NCBI RefSeq assembly: GCF_963921235.1
Contig: NC_086100.1
Span: forward strand, 200,510,001 to 200,574,000
Length of the DNA: 64,000 bases
Direction of reading: 5' to 3'
DNA from: Mobula hypostoma
Taxonomy: Eukaryota
Shown here: positions 36,003-50,359 of the stretch, in pieces
Position numbering within the stretch: the first letter of the stretch is position 1
Layout of the letters: each line of letters begins with the position of its first letter
Notes under the pieces: model-generated
Seen by the model: only the letters and a program-made list of their open reading frames with translations
Database searches by the model: none
Told to the model about the DNA's origin: nothing
Program-made: the position numbers and the translations under genes

Positions 36003-39000
36003 ATAGAAACATAGAAACCCTACAGGCCAATACAGGCCCTTTGGCCCATAAAGTTGAGCCGAACAAGTCCCTGCCTTAGAAATTACTAGGCTTACCCATA
36101 GCCCTCTATTTTTCTAAGCTCCATGTACCTATCCAAAAGTCTCTTAAAAGACCCTATCGTATCCGCCTCCACCACCATTGCCGGCAGCCCATTCCACGCA
36201 CTCACCACTCTCTGCGTAAAAAAACTTACCCCTGAGTTCTCCTCTGTACCTACTCCCCAGCACCTTAAACCCGTGCCCTCTTGCGGCACCATTTCAGACC
36301 TTGAAAAAAGTCTCTGACTATCCACATGATCAATGCCTCTCATCATCTTATACACCTCTATCAGGTCACCTCTTATCCTCCGTTGATCCAAGGAGAAAAG
36401 GCCAAGTTCACTCAACCTATTCTCATAAGGCATGCTCCCCAATCCAGGCAGAATCCTTGCAAATCTCCTCTGCACCCTTCCTATGGCTTCCATATCCTTC
36501 CTGTAGTGAGGCGACCAGAACTGAGCACAGTACTCCAAGTGGGGTCTGACCAGGGTCCTATATAGCTGCAAAATTACCTCTCGGCTCCTAAATTGAATTC
36601 CACGATTGATGAAGCCCAATGCACCAAACACCTTCTGAACTACAGAGTCAACCGGCGCAGCTGCTTTGAGCATCCTATGGACTCGGACCCCAAAATCCCT
36701 CTGATCCTCCACACTGCCAGGAGTCTTACCATTAATACTATATTCTGCCTTCATATTTGACCTACCAAAATGAACCACTTCACGCCTATCTGGGTTAAAC
36801 TCCATCTGCCACTTCTCAGCCCAATTTTGCTTCCTATCAATGTCCCGCTGTAACCTCTGACAGCCTTCCACACTATCCACAACACCTCCAACCTTTGTGT
36901 CATCAGCAAACTTACTAACCCATCCCTCCACTTCCTCATCCAGTTCAATAATAAAAATAATGGAGTAAATGTCCAAGGACAGATCCCTGAGGCACACCAC
37001 TGGTCACCGACCTCCATGCAGAATATGACCCATCTACAACCAATCTTTACTTTCTGTGGGCTAGCCAGTTCTGGATCCACAAAGCAATGTACCCTTGGAT
37101 CCCATGCCTCCTTACTTTCTCAATAAGCCTTGCATGGGGTACCTTATCAAATGCCTTGCTGAAATCCCATATACACTACATCTACTGCTCTACCTTCATC
37201 AATGTGTTTAGTCACATCCTCAAAAAATTCATTCAGGCTCGTAAGGCACGACCTGCCCTTGACAAAGCCATGTTGACTATTCCTAATCATATTATACCTC
37301 TCCAAATGTTCATAAATCCTGCCTCTCAGGATCTTCTCCATCAACTTACCAACCACTGAGGTAAGACTCACTGGTCCATAATTTCCTGGGCTATCTCTAC
37401 TCCCTTTCTTGAATAAAGGAACAACATTCGCAACCCTCCAATCCTCCAGAACCTCTCCTGTCCCCACTGATGATGCAAAGATCATCACCAGAGGCTCAGC
37501 AATCTCCTCCCTCGCCTCCCACAGTAGACTGGGGTACATCTCATCCGGTCCCGGCGACTTATCCAACTTGATGCTTTCCAAAAGCTCCAGCACATCCTCC
37601 TTCTTAATACCTACATGCTCAAGCTTTTCAGTCTGCTGCAAGTCATTACTACAATCACCAAGATCCTTTTCCATAGTGAATACTGAAGCAAAGTATTCAT
37701 TAAGTACCTCTGCTATTTCCTCTGGTTCCATACACACTTTCCCAGTGTCACACTTGATAGGTCCTATTCTTTCACATCTTATCCTCTTGCTCTTCACACA
37801 CTTGTAGAATGCCTTGGGGTTTTCCTTAATCTGGTCCTCCAAGGCCTTCTCATGGCCCCTTCCTGCTCTCCTATTTTCCTTCTTAAGCTCCTTCCTGTTA
37901 GCCTTATAATCTTCTAGATCTCTAACATTACCTAGCTCTTTGAACCTTTTGTAAGCTTTTCTTTTCTTCTTGACTAGATTTATTACAGCCTTTGTACACC
38001 ACGGTTCCTGTTACCTAACATAACTTCCCTGTCTCATTGGAATGTATCTATGCAGAACTCCACACAAATATTCCCTGAACACTTGCCGCATTTCTTCTGT
38101 ACTTTTCCCTGAGAACATCTGTTTCCAATTTCCTGCCTGATAGCCTTACTCCAATTAAATGCTTTTCTAACTTGTCTGTTCTTATCTCTCTCCAATGCTA
38201 TTGTAAAGGAGAAAGAATTCTGATCACTATCTCCAAAATGCTCTCCCACTGAGAGATCTGACACCTGACCAGGTTCATTTCCCAATACCAAATCAAGTAC
38301 AGTCTGTCCTCTTTAGGCTTATCTACATATTGTGTCAAGAAACCTCCCTGAACACATCTAACAAACTCCACCCCATCTAAACCCCTTGCTCTAGGGAGAT
38401 GCCAATCGATATTTGGGAAAATAAAATCTCCCATCACGACAACTCTGATATTATTACACCTTTCCAGGATCTGTTTCCCTATCTGCTCCTCGATATCCCT
38501 TTTACTTTTGGGCGGCCTATAAAAAACACCCAGTAAAGTTATTGACCCCTTCCTGTTTCTAATTTCCACCCACAGAGACTCTGCAGACAATCCCTCCATG
38601 GCGTCCACCTTTTCTACAGCCGTGACACTATCTCTGATCAACAGTGCCACGCCCCCACCTCTTTTGCCTCCCTCCCTGTCCTTTCTGAAACATCTAAAAC
38701 CTGGCATTTGAAGTAACCATTCCTGTGCCTGAGCCATCCAAGTCTCTGTAATGGGCACCACGTCGTACCTCCAAGTACTGATCCATGCTCTAAGCTCATC
38801 CGCTTTGTTCACAATACTCCTTGCGTTAAAATAGACACATCTCAAACCTTCGGTCTGAGCGGGTCCCTTCTCTATCACCTGCCTATACTCCCTCTTGAAC
38901 TATCGATAAGCTTTCTCTATTTTTGAGCCAACCTCCTCTTCCCTAGTCTCTTCAGTTTGGTTCCTACCCCCAACAATTCTAGCTAAACTCTCCCCAGTAG

Positions 39001-40313
39001 CCTTAGCAAACCTCCCAGCCAGGATATTGGTCCCCCTGGGATTCGAGTGCAACTCATTCTTTTTGGAAAGGTAACACCTGCCCCAAAAGAGGTCCCCGCT
39101 CCAATCCCTCAGCCACACATTTATCCTCCACCTCATTCTATTCCTATTCTTACTGTCGCGTGGCACAGGCAATAATCCCGAGATGACTACCTTGTGGTCC
39201 TGCTTCTCAACTTCCTTCCTAACTCCCTGTAGTCTGTTTTCAGGACCTCCTCCCTTTTCCTACCTATGTCATTGGTACCAATATGTACCACGACCTCTGG
39301 CTGCTCTCCCTCCCACTGCAGGGTATCTTGGACGCGATCTGAAACATCCCGGACCCTGGCACCTGGGAGGCAAACTAACATCCGAGTTTCTTTCCTGCAT
39401 CCACAGAATCGCCTGTCTGACCCCCTAACTATAGAATCGCCTATCACTACTGTCTTCCTCTTCCTTTCCCTACCCTTCTGAGCCACAGGGCTGGAATCTG
39501 TGTCAGAGGCACGGCTACTGTTGCTTCCCCCAGGTAGGCTGCCCCCCCCCAACAGTACTCAAACAGGAGTACTTACTGTCAAGGGTACAGTCACAGGGGT
39601 ACTCTCTATTACCTGACTCTTCCCCTTCCCTCTCCTGACTGTGACCTATTTGTCTGTCTCCCGTGGCCTCAGTCTGACCACCTGCCTGTAACTCCTTTCT
39701 AGCACCTCTTCGCTCTCTCTGACCAGGTGAAGGTCATTAAGCTGCATCTCCAGTTCCCTAACACGGTCCCTTCGGAGCTGCAGCTCGACACATCTGGTTA
39801 AGATATGGCCGTCCGGGAGGCTGGGAGAATCCAGGACCTCCCACATCTGACACCGAGCACAGAACACCGGCCTCACACACATACCTCCTCCTTTCCGCAA
39901 ATAACACAGGTGAACCTACCTCGCCTCGTCCCGTTACCGCCTAAGCCCGTTCAGCCAAAGCCCTATCACTCTGCTGCCTCTCACTCAACTGTCTGCTCCG
40001 AACGCTGCCCGCTGGATATGGCGGTCTTCTTTTTAAACCTTTCGCGCTCTACTGGCTCTACGCCTGCGCAGTCTTGCCTCTCTTCTACCCCGAGTAGCGA
40101 AAACTGTCTCCGCTCCCGAAATCAGCCATTCATTCGCAGTCTTCTTGCCCCGAATCAAAAACCATTGAAGATTCCTTGCCTTTTTGAACCTTTTGCGCTC
40201 TACTGGCTGACGTCACGCGCCTACGCAATCTTGCCTCTCTTTTATCCTGTGTAGTAAAAACTGTCTCCGCTCCTGAAATCAGCTGTTCACTCGCAGTCTT
40301 CTTGCTCCGGATC
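36003..40313 (-). mobile_element. Full-length CR1 LINE (~4.3 kb) in the last intron of C2orf81-like, sense orientation
   Basis: 5'UTR with 151 bp tandem monomers; ORF1 (CARC...CVE, coiled coil, VIGDSIVRG, HIGTNDIG esterase); ORF2 EN-RT; ATGTTTCT tail; several frameshifts. Confidence 0.95.
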
Positions 40314-40790
40314 AGTAAGACCTCAGTGAAAACCCTCTTAGAGTAGTTTGTTCGGTTCTGGTCACCTCACTACAGGAAGGATGTGGATACGATTGAAAGA
40401 GTGCAGAGGATTTTTCAAAGGATGTTGCCTGGATTGGAGAGCATGCCTGATGAGAATAAGTTGAGTGAACTTGGCCTTTTCTCCTTGGAGCAACAAAGGA
40501 TGAGAGGTGACCTGATAGAGGTGTTAAGATGATGAGAGACATTGATTGTGTGGATAGTCAGAGGCTTTTTCCCAGGGCTGAAATGGCTAACATGAGAGGG
40601 CACAGTTTTAAGGTACAAGAGGTACGTTTTTCACCCAGAGTGTGGTGGGTGCATGGAATGCAATGCTGGCGGCGGTGGTGGAATTGGATACAATAGGGTC
40701 TTTTAAGAGACTCTTAGATAGGTACATGGAGCTCAGAAAAATAGAGGGCTATGTGGTAGGGAATTCTAGGCAGATTCTAGAGTAGGTTAC

Positions 40791-43700
40791 CTTAAGACCA
40801 TAAGACATAGGAGTAGAATTAAGCCATCTGGTTGATCCTTTTCATTTAATATCTCCTCCTCAAACCCAGTTCCCGGCCTTCTCCCGGTAACCTTTGATGA
40901 CATGTCCAATCAAGAACCTATCAATCTTTGCCTTAAATACACCCAAAGACCTGGCCTCCACAGCTGCATGTGGTAACAAATTCCACAAATTCACTACCCT
41001 TTGGCCAAAGAAATTTCTCCACATCTCTGTTTTGAAAGTGCGCTCCTCTATCCTGAGGCTGTGCCCTCTTGCTCTAGACTCTCCCAAAATGGGAAGCATG
41101 GAAACTTCCTTTCCATATCTACTCTGTCTAGGCCTTTCAACATTCAAAAGGTTTCAATGAGATCCCCCCTCATCCTTCTGAATTCCAGTGGGTACAGACC
41201 CAGAGCCATTAAAAGTTCCTCATGTGATAACCCTTTCATTCCTGGAATCATCCTTGTGAACCTCCTCTGGACCCTCTCCAATGCCAGCACATCTTTTCTG
41301 AGATGAGGGGCCCAAAACTGTTTCCAATACTCAAGGTGAGGCCTCACCAGTGCCTTATAAAACCTCAGCATCACATCCTTACTCTTGTACTCTAGACCTC
41401 TTGAAATTAACGCTAACATGGCATTTGTCTTCCTCACCACTGACTCAACCTGCAAGTTAGCCTCCAGGGTGTTCTGCACAAGGACTCCCTCCTAAGTCCA
41501 CTTGCAACACGGATTCCTGGATTTTCTCCCTGTTTAGAAAATAGTCTGCACATTTATTTCTACTACCAAAGTGCAAGACCATGCATTTTCCAACATTGTA
41601 TTTCATTTGCCACTTTCTTGCCCATTCTCCTAATCTGTCTAAGTCCTTCTGCAGCCTACCTGTTTCCTCAACACTACCTGCCCCTCCATCAATCTTCATA
41701 TCATCTGTAAACTTGGCAACAAAACCATTTATTCCATAATCTAAATCATTTATATACAGCATAAAAGGAAGTGGTCCCAACACCGACCCCTGCAGAACAA
41801 CACTAGTCCTGGCAGCCAACCAGAAAAGGATCCTTTTATTCCCACTTGCTGCCTCCTACCAATCAGCCAATGCTCTAACCATGTTAGTAACTTTCCTGTA
41901 ATACCATGGGCTCTTAAATTAGTAAGAAGCCTCATGTGTGGCACCTTGCTAAAGGCCTTCTGAAAGTCCAAATACACAACGTCCACTGCATCCCTTTTAT
42001 CTATCCTACTTGTAATCGCATCAAGGATTTCCAACAGGTTCATCAGACAGGATTTTCCTTGAAGGAAACCATGCTGACTTAGTACTACTTATCCTGTGTC
42101 ACCAAAACCTCCATCACCTCATCCTTAACAATTGACTCTAACATCTTCCCAACCATTGAGGTCAGGGTATAATTCCCTTTCTGCTGCCTTCCTCCTTTCT
42201 TAAAAAGTGGAGTGACATTTGCAATTTCCAGTCCTCTGGCACCATGCCAGAGTCCAATGATTTTTGAAATATCATTTCGAAAGCCACCACGGTCTCTAAC
42301 GCTACCTCTTTCAGAATCCTAGGATGCAGTTCATTTGGTCCGCGTGACTTACGTACTATTAGGCATATTAGCATTTTGAGCACCTTCTCTCTTGTAACAG
42401 TAACTGCACCCACTTCTCTTCCTTCACACACTACAATATCAGGCACACTACTAGTGTCTTACACCATGAAGAATGACACAAAATACTCATTTAGTTCATC
42501 AGCCATCTCCTCCTCCCCCGTTATTATTTCTCCTGCCTCATTTTCTAGCGGTCCTATATCCACTCTCATTTTTCTTTTTATTTTTTAACATACTTGAAAA
42601 AACTTTAACTGTGCAGTTTAGTATTATTTGCTAGCTTGTCTTCATGTTTCACTTTTTCCTTTCTAATGATGTTTTCAGTTGCTCTCTGTGGGTTTTTAAT
42701 AAACTTCCCAATCCTCTATCTTCCCCTTAATTTTTGCTTTGTTGTATGCCCTTTCTTTTGCTTTTACACAGAACATAGAAATATAGCAAACATACAGCAC
42801 AATACAGGCCCTTCGTCCCACAAATCTGTGCCGAACATGTCCCTACCTTAGAACTACCTAGGCTTTACCCATAACCCTCTACTTTTCTAAGCTCCATGTA
42901 GCCATCCAGGAGTCTCTTAAAAGACCCTATCGTTTCCACCTCCACCACCGCTACGGGCAGCCCATTCCACACACTCACCACTCTCTGTGTAAAAAAAAAT
43001 ACCCCTGACATCTCCTCTGTACCTACTTCCAGGCACCTTAAAACTATGCCCTCTCGTGCTAGCCATTTACAATAGCTTTGTCTTCCCTTGTCAGCCATGG
43101 TTATACTATTTTACCATCTGAGTGTTTCTTCATTTTTGGAATACACATGTCCTCCACCTTCCTCATTTTTCCCAGAAACATTCCTGCCAGTATCTCCTTC
43201 CAACTTACTTTGGCTAGCTCCTCTCTCTTACCACTGTAACTTCCCTTACTCCACTGAAGTACTGCTGCATCAGACTTTACTTTCTCCCGACCAAATTTCA
43301 ATTTGAACTCAATCATATTGTGATCACTGGTTCCTAAGGTGTTTTTTTTTTACCTTAAGCTCCCTAATCGCCTCCAGTTCATTGCATGACACCCAATCCA
43401 GTATAGCTGATCCCCTTGTAGGCTCAACGACAAACTGATCTAAATAGCCATCTCTTAAACATTCAACAAACTTACTCTCTTGAGATCCATTACCAATCTA
43501 ATTTTTCCATTCGACCTGCATGTTAAAATATCCCATGATTACCATAACATTGCCCCTTTGACATGCTTTTTCTATTTCCTGTTGTAACCTGTGGTCCACC
43601 TCCCAGCCACTGTTGGGAGGCCTGTATATAACTGCCATCAACGTCCTTTTGCCCTTTCAGTTTCTTAACTCAACCCACAAGGATTCAACATCTTCCGATC

Positions 43701-44012
43701 CTATGTCACATCTTTCTACTGATTTGTTGCCATTCTTTACCAGTAGAGGCACACCACTCCCTCTGCCTACCTTCCTACCCCTCCGATACAATGTGTAATC
43801 TTGGACATTCAGTTCCCTGCTACAACCATCCTTCAGCCAGGATTCAGTGATGGCCACAACCTCCTATCTGACAATCTGTAACATTGATCATTTACTTTAT
43901 TTCTTATACGAGCATTCAGATACAACACCTTGAGTACTGTATTTGCTATCCTTTCTGATTCTGCACCCCTAATGACTTGATACTCAGCCTGTTGGCTGCA
44001 ACAAGTCCCATA
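40791..44012 (-). mobile_element. CR1 ORF2 (EN-RT) with tail, degenerate
   Basis: AITESWL, PEDWK, YLDFQKAF, FTDDMK, RPHLEY; tail CTATGTCTTATGGTCTTA. Confidence 0.92.
42769..43065 (-). mobile_element. Short CR1 3' end nested in the 40791-44012 element
   Basis: Same family as the 36003 tail; candidate TSD TTTACA (42763-42768 and 43066-43071). Confidence 0.85.
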
Positions 44013-44084
44013 AGGTTACATGGTCAGCACAGCATTGTGGGCCAAATGGCCTGTAATGTGCTGTAGATTTCTATGTTCTATGCT

Positions 44085-44640
44085 CTGTCTCATGATAGGC
44101 GGCTTCACCTCTGCTACGATATCACCAACACTGGTGCTCTGCAAGGTTGTGTTTCCAGCCCCCTGTACACTCACAACTGTGTGGTGCAATTACTCCATCT
44201 GCACTGCAGATAATACCCCGTAGTGAGCCGTTTCGCAAGTAATAATGAGTCAATACAGGAAGGAGATGGAGAGCTTCGTAACGGTAAACTCATCAGTGTC
44301 TCTACGTCCTCAGGAGGCTAAAAGACATTTGGTATGTCAACGTCAACTCTCGCCATTTTTTTTAATTGATGCACCTATCCAGATGCATAGGCGGGAGGTA
44401 CAGGAGCCTGACAGAATTGTAGGGTGTTGTAGACTTACCCGGCTCCATCGCAGGCACACACCTCCCCACCACTGAGCACATCTTCGACAGCTGATGCCTC
44501 AAGAAGGTGCCATCCAGCCGTAAGGACCAACGCCATCCTCTTTCCATTACACCATCAAGGTGGAGGTACAGGAGCATGAAGACACACACTCAACGTTTCA
44601 GCAACAGCATCTTTCCCTCTGCAAATTCTCTGCATCCAAT
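44085..44640 (+). mobile_element. Rex1/Babar LINE remnant
   Basis: YRKEME and HP...PS-xRYRSMKTHTQRFSNSIFPSA, a C-terminal motif typical of Rex1. Confidence 0.7.
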
Positions 44641-44769
44641 CCCCTCAACCCCTCCACCCTCAAAACCACTATCCTCAACACCTCGACACCTTCACCCCTC
44701 CATCCACCTTTGATATCCCACCCACAAACCTCACCCTCGACCCCTCCACACACTTGCCCTCTCCATCCT

Positions 44770-45262
44770 CGACTCCACTCTGGACAGCACACCCTTGACC
44801 TCTCCACCCTGGCAGCACACCCTTGACCTCTCCACTCTGGACAGCACACCCTTGACCTCTCCACCCTGGCAGCACACCCTTGACCTCTCCACTCTGGACA
44901 GCACACCCTTGACCTCTCCACCCTGGCAGCACATCCTTGACCTCTCCACTCTGGACAGCACACCCTTGACCTCTCCACCCTGGACAGCACACCCTTGACC
45001 TCTCCACCCTGGCAACACACTCTTGTCCTCTCCACTCTGGCAGCACACCCTTGACCTCTCCACCCTGGCAGCACACCCTTGACCTCTCCACTCTGGCAGC
45101 ACACTCTTGACCTCTCCACCCTGGCAGCACACCCTTGACCTCTCCACTCGGAACAGCACACCCTTGACCTCTCCACCCTGGCAGCACACCCTTGACCTCT
45201 CCACTCTGGACAGCACACCCTTGACCTCTCCACCCCGGACAGCACACCCTTGACCTCTCCAC
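44770..45262. repeat. 28-29 bp minisatellite CAGCACACCCTTGACCTCTCCACYCTGG(A), ~17 copies
   Basis: Direct tandem repeats. Confidence 0.97.
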
Positions 45263-45316
45263 CTTCGACCCTCTGCCCCCTACAGCGCGAATGCTCTGGA
45301 GTTACGGTACATTTAC

Positions 45317-45493
45317 CATGGCAGCTTCCTCAGGCTCCATACTGACTTGCTTCAAATCTGGGTAAAAGCCTATCTGTGACGATGAGTGGAGTGACCCTTG
45401 GGCTCCGTGCTCGTGATCCCCAAGTGTTGAGCTGTGATCAGCAGATGCTGCCTCAGGTTGAAGGTCGACTTCGGGGGGCTCCTGCATCGACTC
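45317..45493 (-). CDS. c2orf81: C2orf81-like, probable third coding exon (low-complexity linker)
   Basis: Acceptor CTCTGTTTTTAATTAG|GAG, donor ATG|GTAAAT; 177 nt, phase 0/0, open (ESMQEPPEVDLQPE...EEAAM); no recognisable homology. Confidence 0.6.
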
Positions 45494-45890
45494 CTAATTA
45501 AAAACAGAGTGTGGTCACTTGAGTATGGTCATTCCCTTTGTCTCACCCGCTGTGGTCTGGTCTTTGGGCTCAGGATCGGCTTCAGCTGCCAAGAGATGGA
45601 GGGACTTCCACTCGGTCTTGCTGTGACGAAGATCGCACTGCAATTCTGAGGTGAAGGAATGCCCCCTAGCCTTGGTTCAACTGATAGAAGCAACCCCTGC
45701 ACCCTCAACCTCAGACCCACAACTCCGCATCCTCAGTCCAATGGACTCCTGCCCTGGGACCTTCATCCCTACACTCTGACCCCGACCATCTGAGGGTGGA
45801 TGTGAAGATTTATTTTGGAGGGTCAGGCAGTTTGCCCATCTGCAAGTTTCTTTTAAATCCATAACCTGCTGCTCCTTTTCAGAATCATGT

Positions 45891-46148
45891 GCCATGCTAG
45901 TATAGTGGTTAGGCTGACACTACTTCAGCCTGGGGCGGCGGAGTTCAGCGGCTGTCTGTAAGGAGTCTGATGTTCTTCCTGTGACAGGCTGGGTTTCCTC
46001 CGGGTGTTCCGGTTCCCTCCCACAGTCCATATACCTTTAGTAGGATAATTGGTCATTGTAAATTGTCTTGTGATTAGCTTCAATAGGTGGGTAGTTGGGC
46101 CACATGGCTTGTTGGGCTGGCAGGGTTTATTTCGCGCTGTATGTCAAA
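45891..46148 (+). mobile_element. V-SINE (HE1-like, tRNA-derived)
   Basis: A-box-like TAGTATAGTGGTT; V-domain TGGGTTTCCTCCGGGTGTTCCGGTTCCCTCCCACAGTCCA; CR1-like tail. Confidence 0.8.
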
Positions 46149-46221
46149 AAAGCATGTCTTTTGACAGGGAAGGAGGTGACCAGCAGGTCAGAAGAGCATT
46201 AAGTCTCAGAGACAGTTACAG

Positions 46222-47375
46222 AACCCCACCTGACTCCAGCCCTCTGACCAGCAGAGGCAATTTAATATCAACCCCTCATCCTGCAATGATCATCAGAGAC
46301 GTTAACCTCGGCACACCCCCCCGCCCCGAGCACCAGAGGCAAGTTAACCTCAACCCCATCCTCATTCCACCCCTCCCGGATCACCAGATTCATTAACCTC
46401 AACCCCATCCCCATTCCACCCCTCCCAGATTCATTAACCTCAACCCCATCCCCATTCCACCCCTCCCTGATCACCAGATTCATTAACCTCAACCCTACCC
46501 CGATTCCACTCCTCCCTGATCACCAGAGGCAAGTTAACTTCAACCCTACCCCAGTTCCACCCCTCCCTGATCATCAGGGAGGTTAACCTCAAGCCTACTC
46601 CAATTCAACCTCCAACCTGATCACCAGAGTTGTTAACTTCTATCCCACCCCAATTCCACCCACACTGATCCCCAGGCATGTTAATCTTAACCCCAACCCC
46701 TCCACGATGCCACCCCTCCCTAAGCACCAGAGGAAATTTAACCTCAGCCCCACCTCGATTCTGCCCCTGCCTGAGCACCAGCAGCAAGTTAAGCACAACA
46801 CTACCCCAGTTCCACCCCTCCCTCATCATCAGAGGCAAGTTAACCTCAACTGCACCCAATTCCACACTTTCCTGATCATCAGAGGCAATTTAACCTTAAT
46901 CCCACTTGATTCCCCCCCTCCCTGATCATGTGGCATGTTAACCTCAACCCCCATCCCGATTCCACCCCCCTGGTTACCAGAAGCAAATTAACTTCAACTG
47001 CACCCAATTCGGCACTTCTTTGACCATCAGAGGCAAGTTAACCTCAATCCCACTCCCACCCAATTCCACACCTCCCTGAGAGCCAGAGGCACTTTAACCT
47101 CAATCCCACCCTGATTCCACCTACTCTGATCCCCAGGCATTAACCTCAACCCCACCCCAATTCCATCCCCTCCCTGAACACCAGAGGCAAGTTAAACTTA
47201 ACCCCACCTGACTCCACCCCCTGACCAACAGAGGCAATTTAACATCAACCCCTCTCCCTGCAATGATCATCAGAGGTGTTTACCTCAGTGCCCCCCCCAA
47301 CCACCATCAGCAAGTTAACCTCAACCCTACCCCGATTCCAACCCTCCCTGAACAGCAGAGGCAAATTAACCTGTC
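46222..47375. repeat. Degenerate ~50 bp minisatellite (CACCAGAGGCAAGTTAACCTCAACCCC...TTCCACCCCTCCCTGAT)
   Basis: About 20 diverged tandem units with recurrent GTTAAC. Confidence 0.92.
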
Positions 47376-47902
47376 CACCACACGCTAATCGGGAAGAGGC
47401 AGGAGCCAGCGGGAACTCCTGTTGTTACTGGGAGATCTCACAAACTCGAGAGCTACGGCGGGCAGGATTGAATATGGTCAGTGGATCTCTATCTGCTGAG
47501 CCATTGAGTTGTCCCTGAGTGTACACGAGAGTTATGGAAGAGTAGGAGAGGGAGGGGAGAAGGGACAGAAATCAGCAGGCCACAATATTTTAAGGGTTCG
47601 GATGTATGGGGAGAGGCACTGGTTTGTTCTCTGCCCCCATCTACATCAGGCTCAGAAATCTGTGTGGTTGTCCAGTTCTAGGCTCCCACACAGTCTTCAT
47701 CATTCCTCTGTCACTGTCTAAAGCTGAGCCATAACAGAGTTCCCTCATGTGGACATGTCTGGTCTGGGTGGCAGTGACTCGTAGCCACCGGTCACCCTGA
47801 CCTTGGTCTGAGTGTTTGTCTGCAGCTCCAGTGGATGGTGAAGCGAATCGAGGACTGGAGTCACAAATATGCCCAAGCAAGATCTGCCCCAAAAGCACTG
47901 GC

Positions 47903-48490
47903 CATAAGACATAAGACGCAGGAGCAGAATTAGGCCATTCAATCCACCAAGTCTGTCTGCTATTCCATCATGGCTGATTTATTAACCCTCTCAAACCCAT
48001 TCTCCTGCCTTCTCCCTGGAACCTTTGATGGCCTGACTAATCAAGAAACTATCAACCTCCATTTTAGATATACTTGATGAATTGGGCTCCTCAGCCGTCT
48101 GTAGAAACGAATTCCACAGATTCACCACTCTCTGGCCAAAAGACTTTCTTCCTCATTTCTGTTCTAAATGGACGTCCTATTCGGAGGCTGTGTCCTTTGG
48201 TTCTAGACTCTCCCACTATAGGAAACATCTTCCACATCCACTCTATCTAGGCCTTTCAATATTTGATAGGTTTTAATGAGATCCCCCCTCATTATTCTGG
48301 ATTCTCGTGAGTACAGGCCCAGAGCCATATTTAGTCCTCATATGGTTACCCTGTCATTCCCGGGATCATTCTTGCGATCCTTCTCCGGACCGCTCCAAAG
48401 CTCGCACCTCCTTTTTTCAGATAAAGGGCCCTAAACTGCTCAGAATACTCCAAATGCGGCCTGACCAAAGGTTTGAAAAGCCTCAGCTAT
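47903..48490 (-). mobile_element. CR1 3' fragment
   Basis: CATAAGACATAAG tail and degenerate RT C-terminus. Confidence 0.85.
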
Positions 48491-48616
48491 TGATAGAACA
48501 GTTGGGATTTAGTTATGGTAACTGTTACTGATAACCTCAGGATTGCCAGTGTCAACCTGAAGGTTACCGGACCAGTAACTCACCACTACACCACCACTAG
48601 CAGGCAGCAGCAGTTA

Positions 48617-49595
<979 letters not shown>

Positions 49596-50164
49596 TCTAC
49601 AAGGTCAGTAATGGAGAACGCCAGGCTCTCTGTTGGAGACACAGCTAGTCGTTACTGGGCACTGGGGTACCATCAATATTTTTTTGAAGAATCAGTTGGA
49701 GGAGAGTGAGTTTCATGCCACAGTGGTGTTGGGAATTTACAACTACTTTGCCTCCATTATTGACTCTAGTGTCTGCACAGGGTCCCAGAGACACACTGAA
49801 CAACCCATCGATGCCATGCCAACCTTCAGGATCCATCTGTACTACTCCCATTTGTTAGGAGTATCATCAAAGCATAAAGTTGAAGATATCATGGTTGTAA
49901 CCATTAACACAAGCCACAACCAATCTCCCTGAACCATTTCATAATGTGACCAACAAGCAGTAATCATTTTTGAAGTGCAAAGCACAGTTGCATTTATAAA
50001 GTACAGTGGTTGTGGGAGCAGGTGACGGATTCCCCACAGGGGGTTGCTTCTGAGAGACCGTCTGCAGACTGATGTGATTGTGAGACACTCTCACTTGCAT
50101 TGGACCACCATTGAGAACATCTTCAAGAGGTGATGCCTCAGGAAGTCGATGTCTATCATTAAGG

Positions 50165-50350
50165 AACATGCCCTCTTCTCATTACTACCATCAGGAAGGT
50201 GGTACAGGATCCTGAAGTCTCGCACACAAAGATTTCTGAACATTACTTCAATATTTCTCTCTCTTTATTTTCCTTTCTGTAACTGAGTTATTTTTATGTT
50301 ATTGCAATGTACTGCTGCCAAAAAACAACAAATTTCATGTCATGTCAATG
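50165..50350 (+). mobile_element. Rex1-type 3' end remnant
   Basis: ATGCCCTCTTCTCATTACTACCATCAGGAAGGTGGTACAGG, homologous to 44530-44600. Confidence 0.7.
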
Positions 50351-50359
50351 ATGAGCTTA

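Larger units (their letters stand above)
40340..44082 (+). mobile_element. CR1 3' fragment split by insertion 40791-44012; its tail is at 44013-44082
   Basis: FWSPHYRKD...MRGDLIEV up to 40790; tail resumes after TSD AGGTTAC (40784-40790 and 44013-44019). Confidence 0.85.

Noticed and set aside
35821..36066. ORF and upstream acceptor (TTGCTTCAG at ~35996) for the last exon
   Set aside because: In phase 0 it stops at 35821, out of frame with the conserved motif; the ORF begins in the CR1 tail.
39187..39552. GDSL/SGNH esterase as a host gene
   Set aside because: It is the established ORF1 domain of CR1 elements; also seen at 19.7 kb and 57-58 kb.
44598..45262. Cys-rich repetitive ORFs in all three minus frames
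   Set aside because: Translations of the 28-29 bp minisatellite.
45547..45645. Candidate extra 99 nt phase-0 exon of C2orf81-like (CTCAG| ... |GTGAGA)
   Set aside because: The downstream intron would be only 53 nt, too short for a typical vertebrate intron; no homology.
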